64,000 nt of DNA from Candidatus Omnitrophota bacterium (GCA_030649895.1 JAUSEX010000026.1:16823-80822), one strand, 5' to 3'. Counted from the first letter of the stretch, positions 31,466 through 41,240 are shown. The notes: generated by a model not told the origin, from the sequence alone. Numbers and translations: made by a program.

Positions 31466-31984
31466 TTATTCCCCGGCCTTCTTCTCCTGAATTTTTTTGA
31501 CGTACATCTGCTGGACCTCTTCTACAGAAATCCCGTTCTTGGCTGCGATAGCTTTATATATAACCATGCGATCTGCGTTCTCCGCTTCAACCAAAGCCCT
31601 TACCGAAGAATCCGCGTTTCCTTTTATTTCAACCAGTCCAAGATTATTTTCTCCGACTGCCCCATTCTCTTCCAGCGAAACAAGCTGAGGCTTCCTATCT
31701 CTGCGGCCATATGCTGCCTGTTCAACCTCAGGCCCGAATGAATCCTGGGCATAAGCCTCTGTTATAAATATATCCATCATACTTCCTTTTTTACCAGGCG
31801 CTGGCTTTTGTGTGTTTCCGGAAACTATATCTTCTATGGCGTCAAGATCCTTTTCAACATGCTGATAGATATCCAGCCTCATTGAGATATCAAGTTTTAT
31901 GGCTTCTTTAGGCGCTTCCACCCTTACCCTGGCGCAGCCAAAAAATGCAACCAACGCTACGAATATTACCCAAAATTTTTTCAT
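31466..31984 (-). CDS. YdbL-like (DUF1318) periplasmic lipoprotein
   Basis: Signal peptide with Cys, and a C-terminal GLVE..G...VRALVEAENADR..IYKAIAAKNG signature. Confidence 0.5.
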   Translation of the reverse strand: MKKFWVIFVALVAFFGCARVRVEAPKEAIKLDISMRLDIYQHVEKDLDAIEDIVSGNTQKPAPGKKGSMMDIFITEAYAQDSFGPEVEQAAYGRRDRKPQLVSLEENGAVGENNLGLVEIKGNADSSVRALVEAENADRMVIYKAIAAKNGISVEEVQQMYVKKIQEKKAGE

Positions 31985-33135
31985 GGCTTCTCCCTCCTGT
32001 TAAAATCGTGCAATACTACCGTCAAGCTCCTCTTCCCGGATTTTCCGTCTAAGCTCATACCCATCGTAAAATTTCTATTTTCCATGCCGAGTCTTATTAT
32101 CCCATTATTATAGTTGTAATTCCTGAAACTTTCCACAATTATATCTAGCGATTGATTTGACTGCTTAGCGACATTTTCCAGAAATGTCTTGTCTTTTATT
32201 ACCAGCATGCCCCCGTTCGCATCCGTACTAAAATAACCTTTTATATCTTTTATATCCTGGCCTTTCCCCGATAAAGAAAATTCCCCGTCCAACCTGCCTG
32301 TCATATCAAATTTCTCATTAAACTCCATCTCATTCACAAGCCTTTTAATATCCAGGCCCTGGCTGTTTAATCTGAGATTATAATTCATATCCTGATCCAA
32401 TGAAATATTAAATTCCCCCTTGACGTTACCGCCAAAAAGACTAACCAGCATGGGGCTTATAGCAAGGATATTGCCTTTCAGGCAGGTTTTTCCTACAACA
32501 TCGCCTATTTTAAGTTTATTGTAATTAATGGTCTTTATATAAAATTCCCCCTCGTCCTGATCCTGGATCGCATTCAACGTTATGCCTTCCGCCTGGAATA
32601 AACTAGTAGCTAAAGAGGTTATATTCAATTTTACATAATCAATCGCATTCGCAGGGATATCCCATCCCAGAGACACCTTCCCTTTTATTTTTATACCCTC
32701 TTTTGTCAGATCAAGATTGATGTTCGTAGCTTCAAACTTGGCTATGGAAAATTTTCCGCTACCCCCGGATGCAACGCCCGGAAAAGGATAAAGACCGAGC
32801 AATCCGTCCTTACCTATATTTATTTTTACAGAAATTTCATTTAAAAGCACCTTTTCTATTTTCTTGTCTACTATTGAATTGAGAGAATAATAAATCCTCG
32901 CCTCTTTTATTTTGAAATCATACGAAGCGCTTCCCTTGATTTCTATGCCCTGAAATTCCATGAAATCTCTTGTCAGCCTGAAGCCTGAAACAGAGCTTTC
33001 CTTGAATACCTTATGAAGTTCTTTATTTATTATAGGAAGTAAAATCGGCTTGGCAAGAAGATAAGCCGCTAAGGAAAAGATTATTATTAATATTACTGAT
33101 ATGAAAAATATTTTAGCGAATATTCGGCGTCGCAT
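31981..33135 (-). CDS. Membrane-anchored AsmA-like/YdbH-like protein
   Basis: N-terminal transmembrane segment and an AsmA-like C-terminal repeat (TGRLDGEFSLSGKG). It is paired with the YdbL-like gene as in ydbH-ynbE-ydbL loci. Confidence 0.35.
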   Translation of the reverse strand: MRRRIFAKIFFISVILIIIFSLAAYLLAKPILLPIINKELHKVFKESSVSGFRLTRDFMEFQGIEIKGSASYDFKIKEARIYYSLNSIVDKKIEKVLLNEISVKINIGKDGLLGLYPFPGVASGGSGKFSIAKFEATNINLDLTKEGIKIKGKVSLGWDIPANAIDYVKLNITSLATSLFQAEGITLNAIQDQDEGEFYIKTINYNKLKIGDVVGKTCLKGNILAISPMLVSLFGGNVKGEFNISLDQDMNYNLRLNSQGLDIKRLVNEMEFNEKFDMTGRLDGEFSLSGKGQDIKDIKGYFSTDANGGMLVIKDKTFLENVAKQSNQSLDIIVESFRNYNYNNGIIRLGMENRNFTMGMSLDGKSGKRSLTVVLHDFNRREKP

Positions 33136-33139
33136 TATA

Positions 33140-33772
33140 TTACTGCATGTATCCGTATTCCCTCAGGATATCTTTAAAATCGCTGGCCTTTGCCTTATCC
33201 TTTGCTACGTATTTTCCTATTATATCCGTTTCCACGTTGATAAAATCGCCTTTTTTCTTTGCGGAAAATGTAGTGCTTTTAAGCGTCTGCGGTATAAGAT
33301 ATACCGTAAAATCCTCTTTTGTTACGCTTGCCACTGTAAGGCTTACGCCGTCCAGCCCCACAGAGCCTTTTTCAACCAGAAAGGCGGCGTATTCTTTCGG
33401 AAGATAGATCTTGAAACCTGTCCCGCCTGATCTTTCAGACACATCCGTAATGGTTCCTTTATAGTCCACATGGCCCGTCAGAAAATGCCCGCCCATCCTG
33501 GCGTCAGCCTTCACGCTTCTTTCCAAGTTTACCGCATCGTTGATCTTTAAACCAGCCAATGTAGTCCTTTTAAGCGTTTCAGGAATTACGTCAAAACTTA
33601 AAATATTCCCGCTGATTTCCGTAACGCTCAGGCACGACCCGTTCACGCAAATACTATGCCCTATCATAGCGTCGAGACGCACCTTATCAGCCTTTATCTT
33701 CAATAAAGCGCCTGTCCCTGTCCGGCTAATTCCCTTTACAACGCCTATCTCTTCAACAATTCCAGTAAACAT
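33140..33772 (-). CDS. ribE: Riboflavin synthase α subunit
   Basis: MFTGIVEEIG N-terminus and the duplicated lumazine-binding domains. The 12-codon upstream extension in the track is encoded by a family-3 repeat. Confidence 0.9.
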   Translation of the reverse strand: MFTGIVEEIGVVKGISRTGTGALLKIKADKVRLDAMIGHSICVNGSCLSVTEISGNILSFDVIPETLKRTTLAGLKINDAVNLERSVKADARMGGHFLTGHVDYKGTITDVSERSGGTGFKIYLPKEYAAFLVEKGSVGLDGVSLTVASVTKEDFTVYLIPQTLKSTTFSAKKKGDFINVETDIIGKYVAKDKAKASDFKDILREYGYMQ

Positions 33773-33787
33773 TTTCAGGCTTTCTAA

Positions 33788-33863
33788 ATACTGTTCGGGC
33801 AAGGCCATTAAGCAGCCGGTCGAAAGCTTCTCGGCTTCGTTCGCTCCGCTCGAAAAATATTTA
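33788..33863. repeat. Family-3 repeat, long inverted-repeat form (ATACTGTTCGGGCAAGG...GCTTCTCGGCTTCGTTCG...GCTCGAAAAATATTTA), between ribD and ribE
   Basis: Same architecture and internal GCTTCTCGGCTTCG(C/T)TCG block as the copy at 54813-54886. Confidence 0.55.
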
Positions 33864-34964
33864 ATTTCTCACATTAGCGCTCACCAAAATATCTTCGCCT
33901 ATCATCTCAACCCTTACATCTCTTAGCTTTATCGCCTGGCTCACCTTATCTACGCCCTTGCCTTCAACGGATGTGACAGCTCCTCTTCCTCCTATAATTT
34001 TAGGCGCTATAAAAAATAAAACCTTATCCGCAAGGCCTTGTTCCAAAAAACCCGATATAGTATCGCCTCCGCCTTCTACCAGGAGGCGGCTGATCTCAAG
34101 CTCTGCCAGCTCTTTTAAAAGCCAGGCCAGGTCTATTCTATTATTCCTGCCCGGGCACGCTATAACCAGTATCCCCTTTTTATTAAATTTCTCTACTTTT
34201 TTAAATATGCGCGGGTCATTTAGAGATTTTCTTAAAATTGCCACTATATTCAAAGCCGGAGATTTTTTTGAAAAGATATTTGCGTCTTCAGGCGCCCTCA
34301 GGTTTGAATCCAGTACAATCTTTATAGGGGATCTGTTTCTTCTTGAGGTAAGTACAGGATTATCTCTTATTATTGTATTCACGCCCACTAATACCGCGTC
34401 CATCCCGCTGCGCAATCCGTGCGAATAATCCCTGGAGGCGTCCGTTGTGATCCATTTTGAATCCCTTGTCTTCGTGGCAATTTTACCGTCCAGAGACTCG
34501 GCGGCTTTTATTGTCACAAATGGCATGCTTTTCGTAGCGTACTTTATAAAAACCTCGTTCAGGCCTGACGCTTCTTTATTTAAAACCCCGACCTTGACAG
34601 AAATACCGTTTTTCTCCAGCTCTCTTTTACCCTTGCCGTTATTCAGAGGATTAGGGTCTATTATAGAAAAATAAACTTCTCTTATGCCGCTTTTTATTAT
34701 CGCCTTTACGCAAGGAGGAGTCCTGCCTACATGAACGCATGGCTCCAGATTCACATAAAGAGTGGCTCCTTTTGCGTCCCTGCCGGCTTTTCTTAGGGCT
34801 ATAGCCTCCGCGTGAAGCCCTCCAGGCCTGGCATGATAAGCGCTGGCTATGATCTTTCCTTTCTTCACAACAAGCGCTCCTACCATAGGATTAGGGCTGG
34901 TAGTGAGCCTGCCTTTTTCAGCCAGCTCTAAAACCTTTCTCATAAAGAATTCGTGTTTATTCAT
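33861..34964 (-). CDS. ribD: Bifunctional riboflavin deaminase/reductase
   Basis: HAE..A and PC..C deaminase zinc motifs plus a C-terminal RibD reductase domain. Confidence 0.9.
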   Translation of the reverse strand: MNKHEFFMRKVLELAEKGRLTTSPNPMVGALVVKKGKIIASAYHARPGGLHAEAIALRKAGRDAKGATLYVNLEPCVHVGRTPPCVKAIIKSGIREVYFSIIDPNPLNNGKGKRELEKNGISVKVGVLNKEASGLNEVFIKYATKSMPFVTIKAAESLDGKIATKTRDSKWITTDASRDYSHGLRSGMDAVLVGVNTIIRDNPVLTSRRNRSPIKIVLDSNLRAPEDANIFSKKSPALNIVAILRKSLNDPRIFKKVEKFNKKGILVIACPGRNNRIDLAWLLKELAELEISRLLVEGGGDTISGFLEQGLADKVLFFIAPKIIGGRGAVTSVEGKGVDKVSQAIKLRDVRVEMIGEDILVSANVRN

Positions 34965-35811
34965 ATTGTTTTAATCGTGACGCGTCTCTTAATTTTTCCA
35001 CAAGCTCATAAGAGACTTTCACTTTGCCCAGCAGTACTTCTTTTTTCCCAAGCCCGTGACAATCGGATCCGCCTGTCACAAGCAAGCCGTATTCTTTAGC
35101 TAATGCCTTAAACTCATTTGACTCTCTGGCATTATGATCGGAATGATAAGCCTCTATGCCCTGTACACCCTCGCCTACAAGCATCCCGACCGTATCCCTC
35201 AAAGGTCTATTTTCCGTATTAATAGTCTTAGGATGAGCGAGGACGCTAACGCCGCCTACAGACTTTATCATATCGCTAGCTTCTCTGGGGGATAGTTTGA
35301 ATTTTTTTACATAAGCGGGCGAGTTATTGCCTATATATTTAGTAAAAGCATCCCTTACGCAGGATATCTTTCCTTTTGCATACAAAAGATTCGCTATATG
35401 CAGCCTGCCTACGGAATTCATGCCTGGGCCCGCAAGCTTCAGCAGATCTTCATACTGTAAATCAATTCCCTGTTCACTCAGCCTTCTCAAGATCTCTTTC
35501 GCCCTTTCTTCCCTGACCCTGCATAGCTCTTCCAGTTTTTTTGTAAATTCCTTATTTTGCCAGTCAATAAAATATCCCAGCATATGAACTTCGTCGTCTT
35601 CGAGTTCCGTGGTTAATTCCACGCCAGGGATAATCTCGATATCCATGTCTTTTGCAAACATGATCGCAGGCGCAATTCCTGCGCAAGTATCGTGATCTGT
35701 TATTGCAATAGCGTCCAGTCCAGCCAGTCCGGCCAAACTCACAACCTTTTCAGGAGAAAATGTGCTGTCGGAAATATTCGTGTGAACATGAAGATCAGCT
35801 ACTTTTCCCAT
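34957..35811 (-). CDS. PHP-domain metal-dependent phosphoesterase (TrpH/YciV-like)
   Basis: DLHVHTNISD, HD, HP and DCH metal-binding motifs. It overlaps the ribD start by 8 nt. Confidence 0.75.
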   Translation of the reverse strand: MGKVADLHVHTNISDSTFSPEKVVSLAGLAGLDAIAITDHDTCAGIAPAIMFAKDMDIEIIPGVELTTELEDDEVHMLGYFIDWQNKEFTKKLEELCRVREERAKEILRRLSEQGIDLQYEDLLKLAGPGMNSVGRLHIANLLYAKGKISCVRDAFTKYIGNNSPAYVKKFKLSPREASDMIKSVGGVSVLAHPKTINTENRPLRDTVGMLVGEGVQGIEAYHSDHNARESNEFKALAKEYGLLVTGGSDCHGLGKKEVLLGKVKVSYELVEKLRDASRLKQYE

Positions 35812-35816
35812 TTAGC

Positions 35817-35859
35817 AATATTGTTCGAGCAAGGCACCGAAGATGCCGAGTCGAGAACT
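35817..35859. repeat. Family-3 repeat copy B (AATATTGTTCGAGCAAGGCACCGAAGATGCCGAGTCGAGAACT), overlapping the nusB stop
   Basis: About 90% identical to copy A at 18957-18999. Confidence 0.65.
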
Positions 35860-36274
35860 ACTGTTTACATTCAGTTTTCTTAATTTTATCGAGTATCCCG
35901 TTGACAAACTTCCCGGAATCAACATCACCGTATTTTTTAGCAAGCTCGATGGCTTCATTAATAGAGACATTAAGCGGGATATCATCCTTGTAGAGCATCT
36001 CATACACGCACAGGCGCATTACATTCTTGTCTATGACAGCCATCCTGGATATATTCCAGTTATTCGTATATTTTGAAATAAGATCGTCTATGGCTTTTAA
36101 ATTTTCGCATGTGCCTCTTACCAGAGTTTCGGTGAAGTTATGCGCCTCTTCATCCGCTGAATCCGCTGATTTCGACCAGAAATCCTTAAAACTATCCTCA
36201 ATCGACTCCCTGGAGATCTCTATCCTGTAAAGAATCTTTAAGGCGCATTCCCTCGCAAAAGTGCGTTTACGCAT
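35858..36274 (-). CDS. nusB: Transcription antitermination factor NusB
   Basis: NusB fold motifs, in the conserved position after ribH. Confidence 0.85.
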   Translation of the reverse strand: MRKRTFARECALKILYRIEISRESIEDSFKDFWSKSADSADEEAHNFTETLVRGTCENLKAIDDLISKYTNNWNISRMAVIDKNVMRLCVYEMLYKDDIPLNVSINEAIELAKKYGDVDSGKFVNGILDKIKKTECKQ

Positions 36275-36275
36275 A

Positions 36276-36740
36276 TCAAAGCTCCGCTATCAGATTCGCC
36301 ATTTCAATAGCTGAGCGGGCTGCGTCACGGCCTTTATTGCCCTGTTTCGTGCCTGCCCTTTCTATTGCCTGTTCTATTGAATCAGCTGTAATAATTCCGA
36401 ACATCACAGGCACTCCTGTATTTAAGGAAACATTTGCTATGCCCTTGGATGCCTCGCTCGCCACGTAATCAAAATGAGGCGTCGCTCCTTTAATTATAGT
36501 GCCAAGACATATGACTGAATCATATTTCTTGCTCTTTGCCATATGACTCGCAAGAACAGGTATCTCGAATGCGCCTGGAGCCCACACGACATTAATGTCC
36601 GTTTCTTTTGCCCCATGCCTTAAAAGCTCATCAACGCACCCCTCCAGAAGCCTCTGCGTGATAAAATCATTGAATCTTGAAGCTATAATGCCAAATTTTT
36701 TGCCTTTCGCAACTAGTTCGCCCTGAATTACTTTGTACAT
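36276..36740 (-). CDS. ribH: 6,7-dimethyl-8-ribityllumazine synthase
   Basis: Lumazine synthase motifs, about 154 aa. Confidence 0.9.
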   Translation of the reverse strand: MYKVIQGELVAKGKKFGIIASRFNDFITQRLLEGCVDELLRHGAKETDINVVWAPGAFEIPVLASHMAKSKKYDSVICLGTIIKGATPHFDYVASEASKGIANVSLNTGVPVMFGIITADSIEQAIERAGTKQGNKGRDAARSAIEMANLIAEL

Positions 36741-36774
36741 ACTGCACCTCCCAAAATTTGATCCCTGGTTATCC

Positions 36775-37998
36775 TTATACTACAGTATATGCGGCTAGGG
36801 ACCTTTTTAATTTATGCCCTAATTTTTTCTTTTTTGTTTCCAGATACCTGACGTTAGCGCAATTAGGCTGCACTTCCATTGGAACCCTCTTTACCACCTC
36901 CAGGCCATAACCGGACAAGCCGACTATCTTACGGGGATTATTCGTGATAAGCTGGATTGTTTTCAACCCAAGATCCGCTAGTATCTGAGCTCCTATGCCA
37001 TAATCCCTTAAATCTGGCTTAAAACCAAGCTGCTCATTCGCCTCTACCGTATCAAAGCCTTTATCCTGTAAAGCGTACGCCTTTATCTTATTAGCCAAGC
37101 CTATGCCCCGGCCCTCCTGCCTCATATACAAAAGAACGCCTCTATTTTTTTCTCCAATAAGCCTCAAAGTTCTTTTAAGCTGGTCCCCGCAATCGCATCT
37201 TCTGGATCCAAATATATCTCCTGTAAGGCATTCTGAATGAACGCGCACCAGAACGTCTTTTTTCCCCTTCACGTCCCCTTTTACTAAAGCCATATGCTGG
37301 TATCTATCAATGCTTGATTCATAAAGATACAATTTAAAAACTCCGTAATCCGTGGGAATCTGGCTATTCGCAATACATGTCACAAGTTTTTCTGACCTGC
37401 GCCTGTAATTTATAAGCTCCGCTATGGTGCCTATTTTAAGCTTATGTTTTTTTGCAAACTTAACAAGGTCTTTCTGTCTCGCCATTGTGCCGTCATTATT
37501 TATTATTTCGCATATAACCCCTGCGGGATAAAGTCCCGCTAATTTCATAAGGTCAACGCATGCTTCCGTATGGCCTGCGCGCGTCAATGTCCCCCCATCC
37601 TTTGCCCTCAAAGGAAATACATGCCCGGGACGAGCCAGATCAGCAGACATTGTCCCGGGATTTATCAGGGCTTTCACTGTAACAGAGCGGTCATGCGCTG
37701 AAATACCCGTAGTAGTATTCTTTTTAGCGTCTACGGAAATAGCCCATGCGGTTTTGAACGTATCCTGGTTTTCCTCATGCATTGGATGCAGGCCCAGTTC
37801 ATCGAGCCTTGAACCTTCCATTGGCATGCATACAAGGCCTTTTGCATGCGTTATAATAAAGTTTATTGCCTGCGGGGTCGCGTATTCAGCCGCAATAACA
37901 AGATCGCCTTCATTCTCGCGGCCTTCATCGTCCACAATAATGACCATCCTGCCTTTTTTCAAGTCCTTGCTGATTTCAGGTATTGTATTAAATTTCAT
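36775..37998 (-). CDS. ribBA: Bifunctional DHBP synthase / GTP cyclohydrolase II
   Basis: N-terminal RibB (DDE.RENEGDL) plus C-terminal RibA (C..C.C zinc motif), about 407 aa. Confidence 0.95.
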   Translation of the reverse strand: MKFNTIPEISKDLKKGRMVIIVDDEGRENEGDLVIAAEYATPQAINFIITHAKGLVCMPMEGSRLDELGLHPMHEENQDTFKTAWAISVDAKKNTTTGISAHDRSVTVKALINPGTMSADLARPGHVFPLRAKDGGTLTRAGHTEACVDLMKLAGLYPAGVICEIINNDGTMARQKDLVKFAKKHKLKIGTIAELINYRRRSEKLVTCIANSQIPTDYGVFKLYLYESSIDRYQHMALVKGDVKGKKDVLVRVHSECLTGDIFGSRRCDCGDQLKRTLRLIGEKNRGVLLYMRQEGRGIGLANKIKAYALQDKGFDTVEANEQLGFKPDLRDYGIGAQILADLGLKTIQLITNNPRKIVGLSGYGLEVVKRVPMEVQPNCANVRYLETKKKKLGHKLKRSLAAYTVV

Positions 37999-38012
37999 AA
38001 GTTCCTATCATT

Positions 38013-38066
38013 ACCCTGTCCACCCCGCAGGCGGCCCAATTGGGCCGCCTGCGGGGTGGACAGGGT
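38013..38066. repeat. 54-nt perfect GC-rich palindrome (ACCCTGTCCACCCCGCAGGCGGCCCAA|TTGGGCCGCCTGCGGGGTGGACAGGGT) between the riboswitch terminator and the ribBA RBS
   Basis: Read from the sequence. There are 27 of 27 complementary positions and no loop. Confidence 0.8.
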
Positions 38067-38101
38067 TTAAAATTAAAAATGCCCGAAGAGAGTCTTCGGG
38101 C
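38067..38101 (-). terminator. FMN-riboswitch expression-platform terminator (9-bp stem GCCCGAAGA/UCUUCGGGC + AUUUUUAAUUUU)
   Basis: Hairpin plus U-tract. The CUCUCUUC strand of the loop and stem is complementary to the aptamer 3' segment GAGAGAAGAG, which would act as an anti-terminator. Confidence 0.75.
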
Positions 38102-38104
38102 AAT

Positions 38105-38240
38105 AAAATACAACGCGCTTACCTCTTCTCTCATCTAGCCTTTCACAATCGGTTCCGGAATCACGCCGGATCTGCCCTCTTTTACGAGAGCTCGCGGACT
38201 TTACCGCCGGTGGGGAATTTCACCCTCTCCCGAAGATACT
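38105..38240 (-). promoter_or_regulatory. FMN riboswitch (RFN element) aptamer in the ribBA leader
   Basis: The minus-strand RNA reads ...CUUCGGGAGAGGGUGAAAUUCCCCACCGGCGGUAAAGUCCGCGAGC...GAUUCCGGAACCGAUUGUGAAAGGCUAGAUGAGAGAAGAGG, matching the conserved RFN core (GGGUGAAAUUCCC, ACCGGCGGUA, CAGUGAAAG, GAUGGGAGAAG). Confidence 0.85.
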
Positions 38241-38244
38241 GTGT

Positions 38245-38272
38245 ATTATACCAACTTACGCCTTTTTGTCAA
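38245..38272 (-). promoter_or_regulatory. Consensus σ70-type promoter of the rib operon (TTGACA-16 nt-TATAAT), a few nt upstream of the riboswitch
   Basis: The -35 box is the reverse complement of 38267-38272 and the -10 box is the reverse complement of 38245-38250, both read directly. Confidence 0.6.
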
Positions 38273-38289
38273 TATCTATTTCCCGATAA

Positions 38290-39339
38290 TCACAGGATTT
38301 CCCTGAGAACGGATTGGAGGTTTGCCTGGACAATTTTGGGTTCCTTGACGGATTTTATAGCGCGATCCGGGTCTTTAAGCCCATGGCCGGTAAGCACGCA
38401 TACAAGTTTTGGTTTTTTGAATTTTTTGAAGTACCCTTGTTTATTTAATTTTATCACGCCGGCTACTGAAGCAGCTGAAGCAGGCTCTACGAATACGCCT
38501 TCTTTTGAAGCCAGAAATTTATACGCCTCCAGGATTTCATCGTCAGAAACCATATCTATGAGTCCCCTGGATTCATCCCGCGCCTCTTCTGCCATTTTCC
38601 AGCTGGCAGGATTTCCTATTCGTATAGCAGTAGCGATAGTCTCTGGTTTTTCTACAATTTTGCCTCTGACTATAGGAGCTGCGCCTTCTGCCTGAAATCC
38701 AAGCATGCAAGGAAGTTTTTCTATCTTACCCTTCTCTTTATATTCTTTATACCCTTTCCAGTAGGCGGTGATATTGCCTGCGTTGCCAACCGGAATGACA
38801 TGAAAATCTGGGGCAAAACCTAACTGATCGCATATCTCAAAAGAACCGGTTTTCTGGCCTTCTATCCTGTAAGGATTTATTGAATTCACAAGCTGGATAC
38901 GATGTTTGACGGTAATTTCTTTTACAAGATTAAACGCGTCGTCAAAATTTCCATCTATTGCGATAACCTGAGCGCCATGTATAAGCGCCTGGGCGAGCTT
39001 ACCAAGAGCTATGACGCCTTTTGGTATTAAGACGATACATTTAATTCCAGCCTTGGCGGCATACGCAGCTGCTGACGCAGAGGTATTGCCGGTAGAAGCG
39101 CATATTACAGCTATATGTTTTTCTTCCAAAGACTTTGAGATCGCCATAGTCATGCCTCTATCCTTGAAAGAACCGGTAGGGTTAAGGCCTTCGTATTTCA
39201 GATACGCCTCCCCGCCAATTAATTCTGAAAGATGGCGTGAATACACCAGGGGGGTATCTCCCTCATTGAGAGTAACCACAGGGGTGTCTCCGGTAACCGG
39301 CAAAAATTCCCTGTATTTATCTATAACGCCTTTCCACAT
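38290..39339 (-). CDS. thrC: Threonine synthase
   Basis: PLP-dependent fold with the lysine motif SFKDRG, about 349 aa. Confidence 0.9.
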   Translation of the reverse strand: MWKGVIDKYREFLPVTGDTPVVTLNEGDTPLVYSRHLSELIGGEAYLKYEGLNPTGSFKDRGMTMAISKSLEEKHIAVICASTGNTSASAAAYAAKAGIKCIVLIPKGVIALGKLAQALIHGAQVIAIDGNFDDAFNLVKEITVKHRIQLVNSINPYRIEGQKTGSFEICDQLGFAPDFHVIPVGNAGNITAYWKGYKEYKEKGKIEKLPCMLGFQAEGAAPIVRGKIVEKPETIATAIRIGNPASWKMAEEARDESRGLIDMVSDDEILEAYKFLASKEGVFVEPASAASVAGVIKLNKQGYFKKFKKPKLVCVLTGHGLKDPDRAIKSVKEPKIVQANLQSVLREIL

Positions 39340-39343
39340 AAGA

Positions 39344-40651
39344 TTATTTCTCCATCCTTATAACAACGCTTTTCTTTTTTATGGCAGGCAGCTTGTTGAT
39401 TCGAGATAATGCGGCTTGCATATTCGACTCTTTCGCCTCATGCGTAAGCATAACTATAGGAACAATGTGCGCCTCGCGTCTTTCTTTTTGCACAACGCTT
39501 GCAATGCTTATATCATGCCTGCCCAAAAGGTCTGCTATGTTTGCAAGCACGCCTGGCTTATCTACTGCGGAAAAGTGCGCGTAGTACCTGGTCACTACAT
39601 CGTCCATCTTTTTGATATTTTTTATTTCAGAATCTTTTGGCGTAACCGGCTTGGCTATCTTGTTTCCGCAGATGACTTTATAACCGATATCTACTATATC
39701 GTTTAATACAGCGCTCGCGGTAGGTAATTTACCCGCTCCCTGGCCATAGAAAAGCTGCTTGCCCACTAGATCAGCTTCTATAAATATCGCGTTATACACG
39801 CCTGAAACGGATGAAAGCAGATATTCGGATGGCAATAGAGTGGGATGAACCCTTACCTCTAATTCATTTCCATAACGCTTCGCTATTGCAAGAAGCTTTA
39901 TCACGTAACCCAGTTCTTTTGCATACTGTATATCAAAGCTAGAAATATCCTCAATACCCTCAACAAAGATATCTTTTATATCCACTCTCTTTTCAAAGGC
40001 CAGAAGAGAAAGTATGGCAAGCTTGTGGCTGGAGTCCAAGCCCTTTATATCAAGAGAAGGATCTTTTTCAGCGTAGCCTTTCAACTGCGCCTCTTTAAGA
40101 ACAGCTTTAAAGCTTGAGCCCTGGTTTGACATATTTGATAGTATATAATTCGAAGTGCCGTTCAAGATTCCAAAAATACTAGAAAATCTATTACCCACCA
40201 TACCTTCCCGTATTGCCTTTATAATAGGAATCCCTCCGCCTACGCTAGCCTCAAAATATATTTCCCTATTCAGGACCTTGGCCTTTTTGAATATTTCATC
40301 TCCCGCATACGCCAGAAGCAGCTTATTGGCGGTAACCACATGTTTTCCTTTAGATAACGCCTTCATCACAATCTCTTTCGCAGGGTGAATCCCGCCTATC
40401 AACTCAACAACAATGTCAACAGCCGGATCATTAACCACTTTATCAAAATCTCTGGTAAGGATTTCTTTAGGCAAATTTACGTCTCTTTTAGAAGACAAAT
40501 CTTTGTCGCAAACCAATGAAAGATTAAAATCTATTCCTGTGCGCTTAAATAGCAGCCCTCTCTTTTCCAGGAGAAACCTTGCGACCCCGGAACCTATTGT
40601 GCCGAAACCTATCAATCCAATGTTTATTCTATTCTTAATTTTTTTATTCAT
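39344..40651 (-). CDS. hom: Homoserine dehydrogenase (with C-terminal ACT domain)
   Basis: NAD-binding GFGTIGSGV, the catalytic domain and an ACT domain. Confidence 0.9.
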   Translation of the reverse strand: MNKKIKNRINIGLIGFGTIGSGVARFLLEKRGLLFKRTGIDFNLSLVCDKDLSSKRDVNLPKEILTRDFDKVVNDPAVDIVVELIGGIHPAKEIVMKALSKGKHVVTANKLLLAYAGDEIFKKAKVLNREIYFEASVGGGIPIIKAIREGMVGNRFSSIFGILNGTSNYILSNMSNQGSSFKAVLKEAQLKGYAEKDPSLDIKGLDSSHKLAILSLLAFEKRVDIKDIFVEGIEDISSFDIQYAKELGYVIKLLAIAKRYGNELEVRVHPTLLPSEYLLSSVSGVYNAIFIEADLVGKQLFYGQGAGKLPTASAVLNDIVDIGYKVICGNKIAKPVTPKDSEIKNIKKMDDVVTRYYAHFSAVDKPGVLANIADLLGRHDISIASVVQKERREAHIVPIVMLTHEAKESNMQAALSRINKLPAIKKKSVVIRMEK

Positions 40652-41093
40652 GATCCACCAGTTTTCTTATAGACTCTCTTACCTTCTGTTCCACCTCTAT
40701 AAATTTCACCCTGGTATCATACATAATATCTTTTACCAGCTGCGTTGATTCTATAACCTGGGTCCTGACTGTAACATAATCTGAAAATTCAGGCAATCTA
40801 AGTTTTATTTTTAAAATAGCGCCTTTTTCGAATTCCCTGTCAGACATAAATAATAATCCCCCTTCGCTCAGATTCCTGGTTTGAGATACGTCAAATTTTA
40901 GATCTTCGCCTTTTACAATAGCGTATGAAACAATATAGCTTCTGTTTATCCTTTTAAATTTCCTTCTCTCAGGCTTAATATCGTCCGGCTGCAATTCTTC
41001 TTTATTTTCCATGATAATACCTTTTTTTAGCCCTGTACCAGCCGGTATAGGGCACAGCGAGCGTCGAATCAAATTAACGTAATGGCCTGCCAT
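40644..41093 (-). CDS. PilZ-domain protein (candidate c-di-GMP receptor)
   Basis: RRKFKR and D.S.GG (RNLSEGGLLF) PilZ motifs. The internal ATG at 41012 (MENKEEL) is a plausible alternative start. Confidence 0.65.
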   Translation of the reverse strand: MAGHYVNLIRRSLCPIPAGTGLKKGIIMENKEELQPDDIKPERRKFKRINRSYIVSYAIVKGEDLKFDVSQTRNLSEGGLLFMSDREFEKGAILKIKLRLPEFSDYVTVRTQVIESTQLVKDIMYDTRVKFIEVEQKVRESIRKLVDHE

Positions 41094-41142
41094 GAACCCT
41101 AGCGAAGCTGCTTCTTAAGTGTAATTCTTAGCGAGTAGTTCA

Positions 41143-41219
41143 TGGTCGGGACGGCTGGATTCGAACCAGCGACCCCTTGAACCCCATTCAAGTGCGCTAG
41201 CCAACTGCGCCACGCCCCG
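41143..41219 (-). tRNA. tRNA-Pro (anticodon GGG), CCA encoded
   Basis: Hand-folded cloverleaf: C1-G72, A73, anticodon loop AUGGGGU, T-loop GGTTCGAATCC. Confidence 0.8.
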
Positions 41220-41240
41220 CCACTTTAATAGACTTTAATA

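Noticed and set aside
37754-38695. 313-aa plus-strand ORF spanning the ribBA 5' end, the FMN riboswitch and thrC
   Set aside because: It is antisense to two well-supported genes and a riboswitch. Its translation is low-complexity and Ser/Pro/Ala-rich with no domain signature. It is a typical spurious ORF on the non-coding strand.
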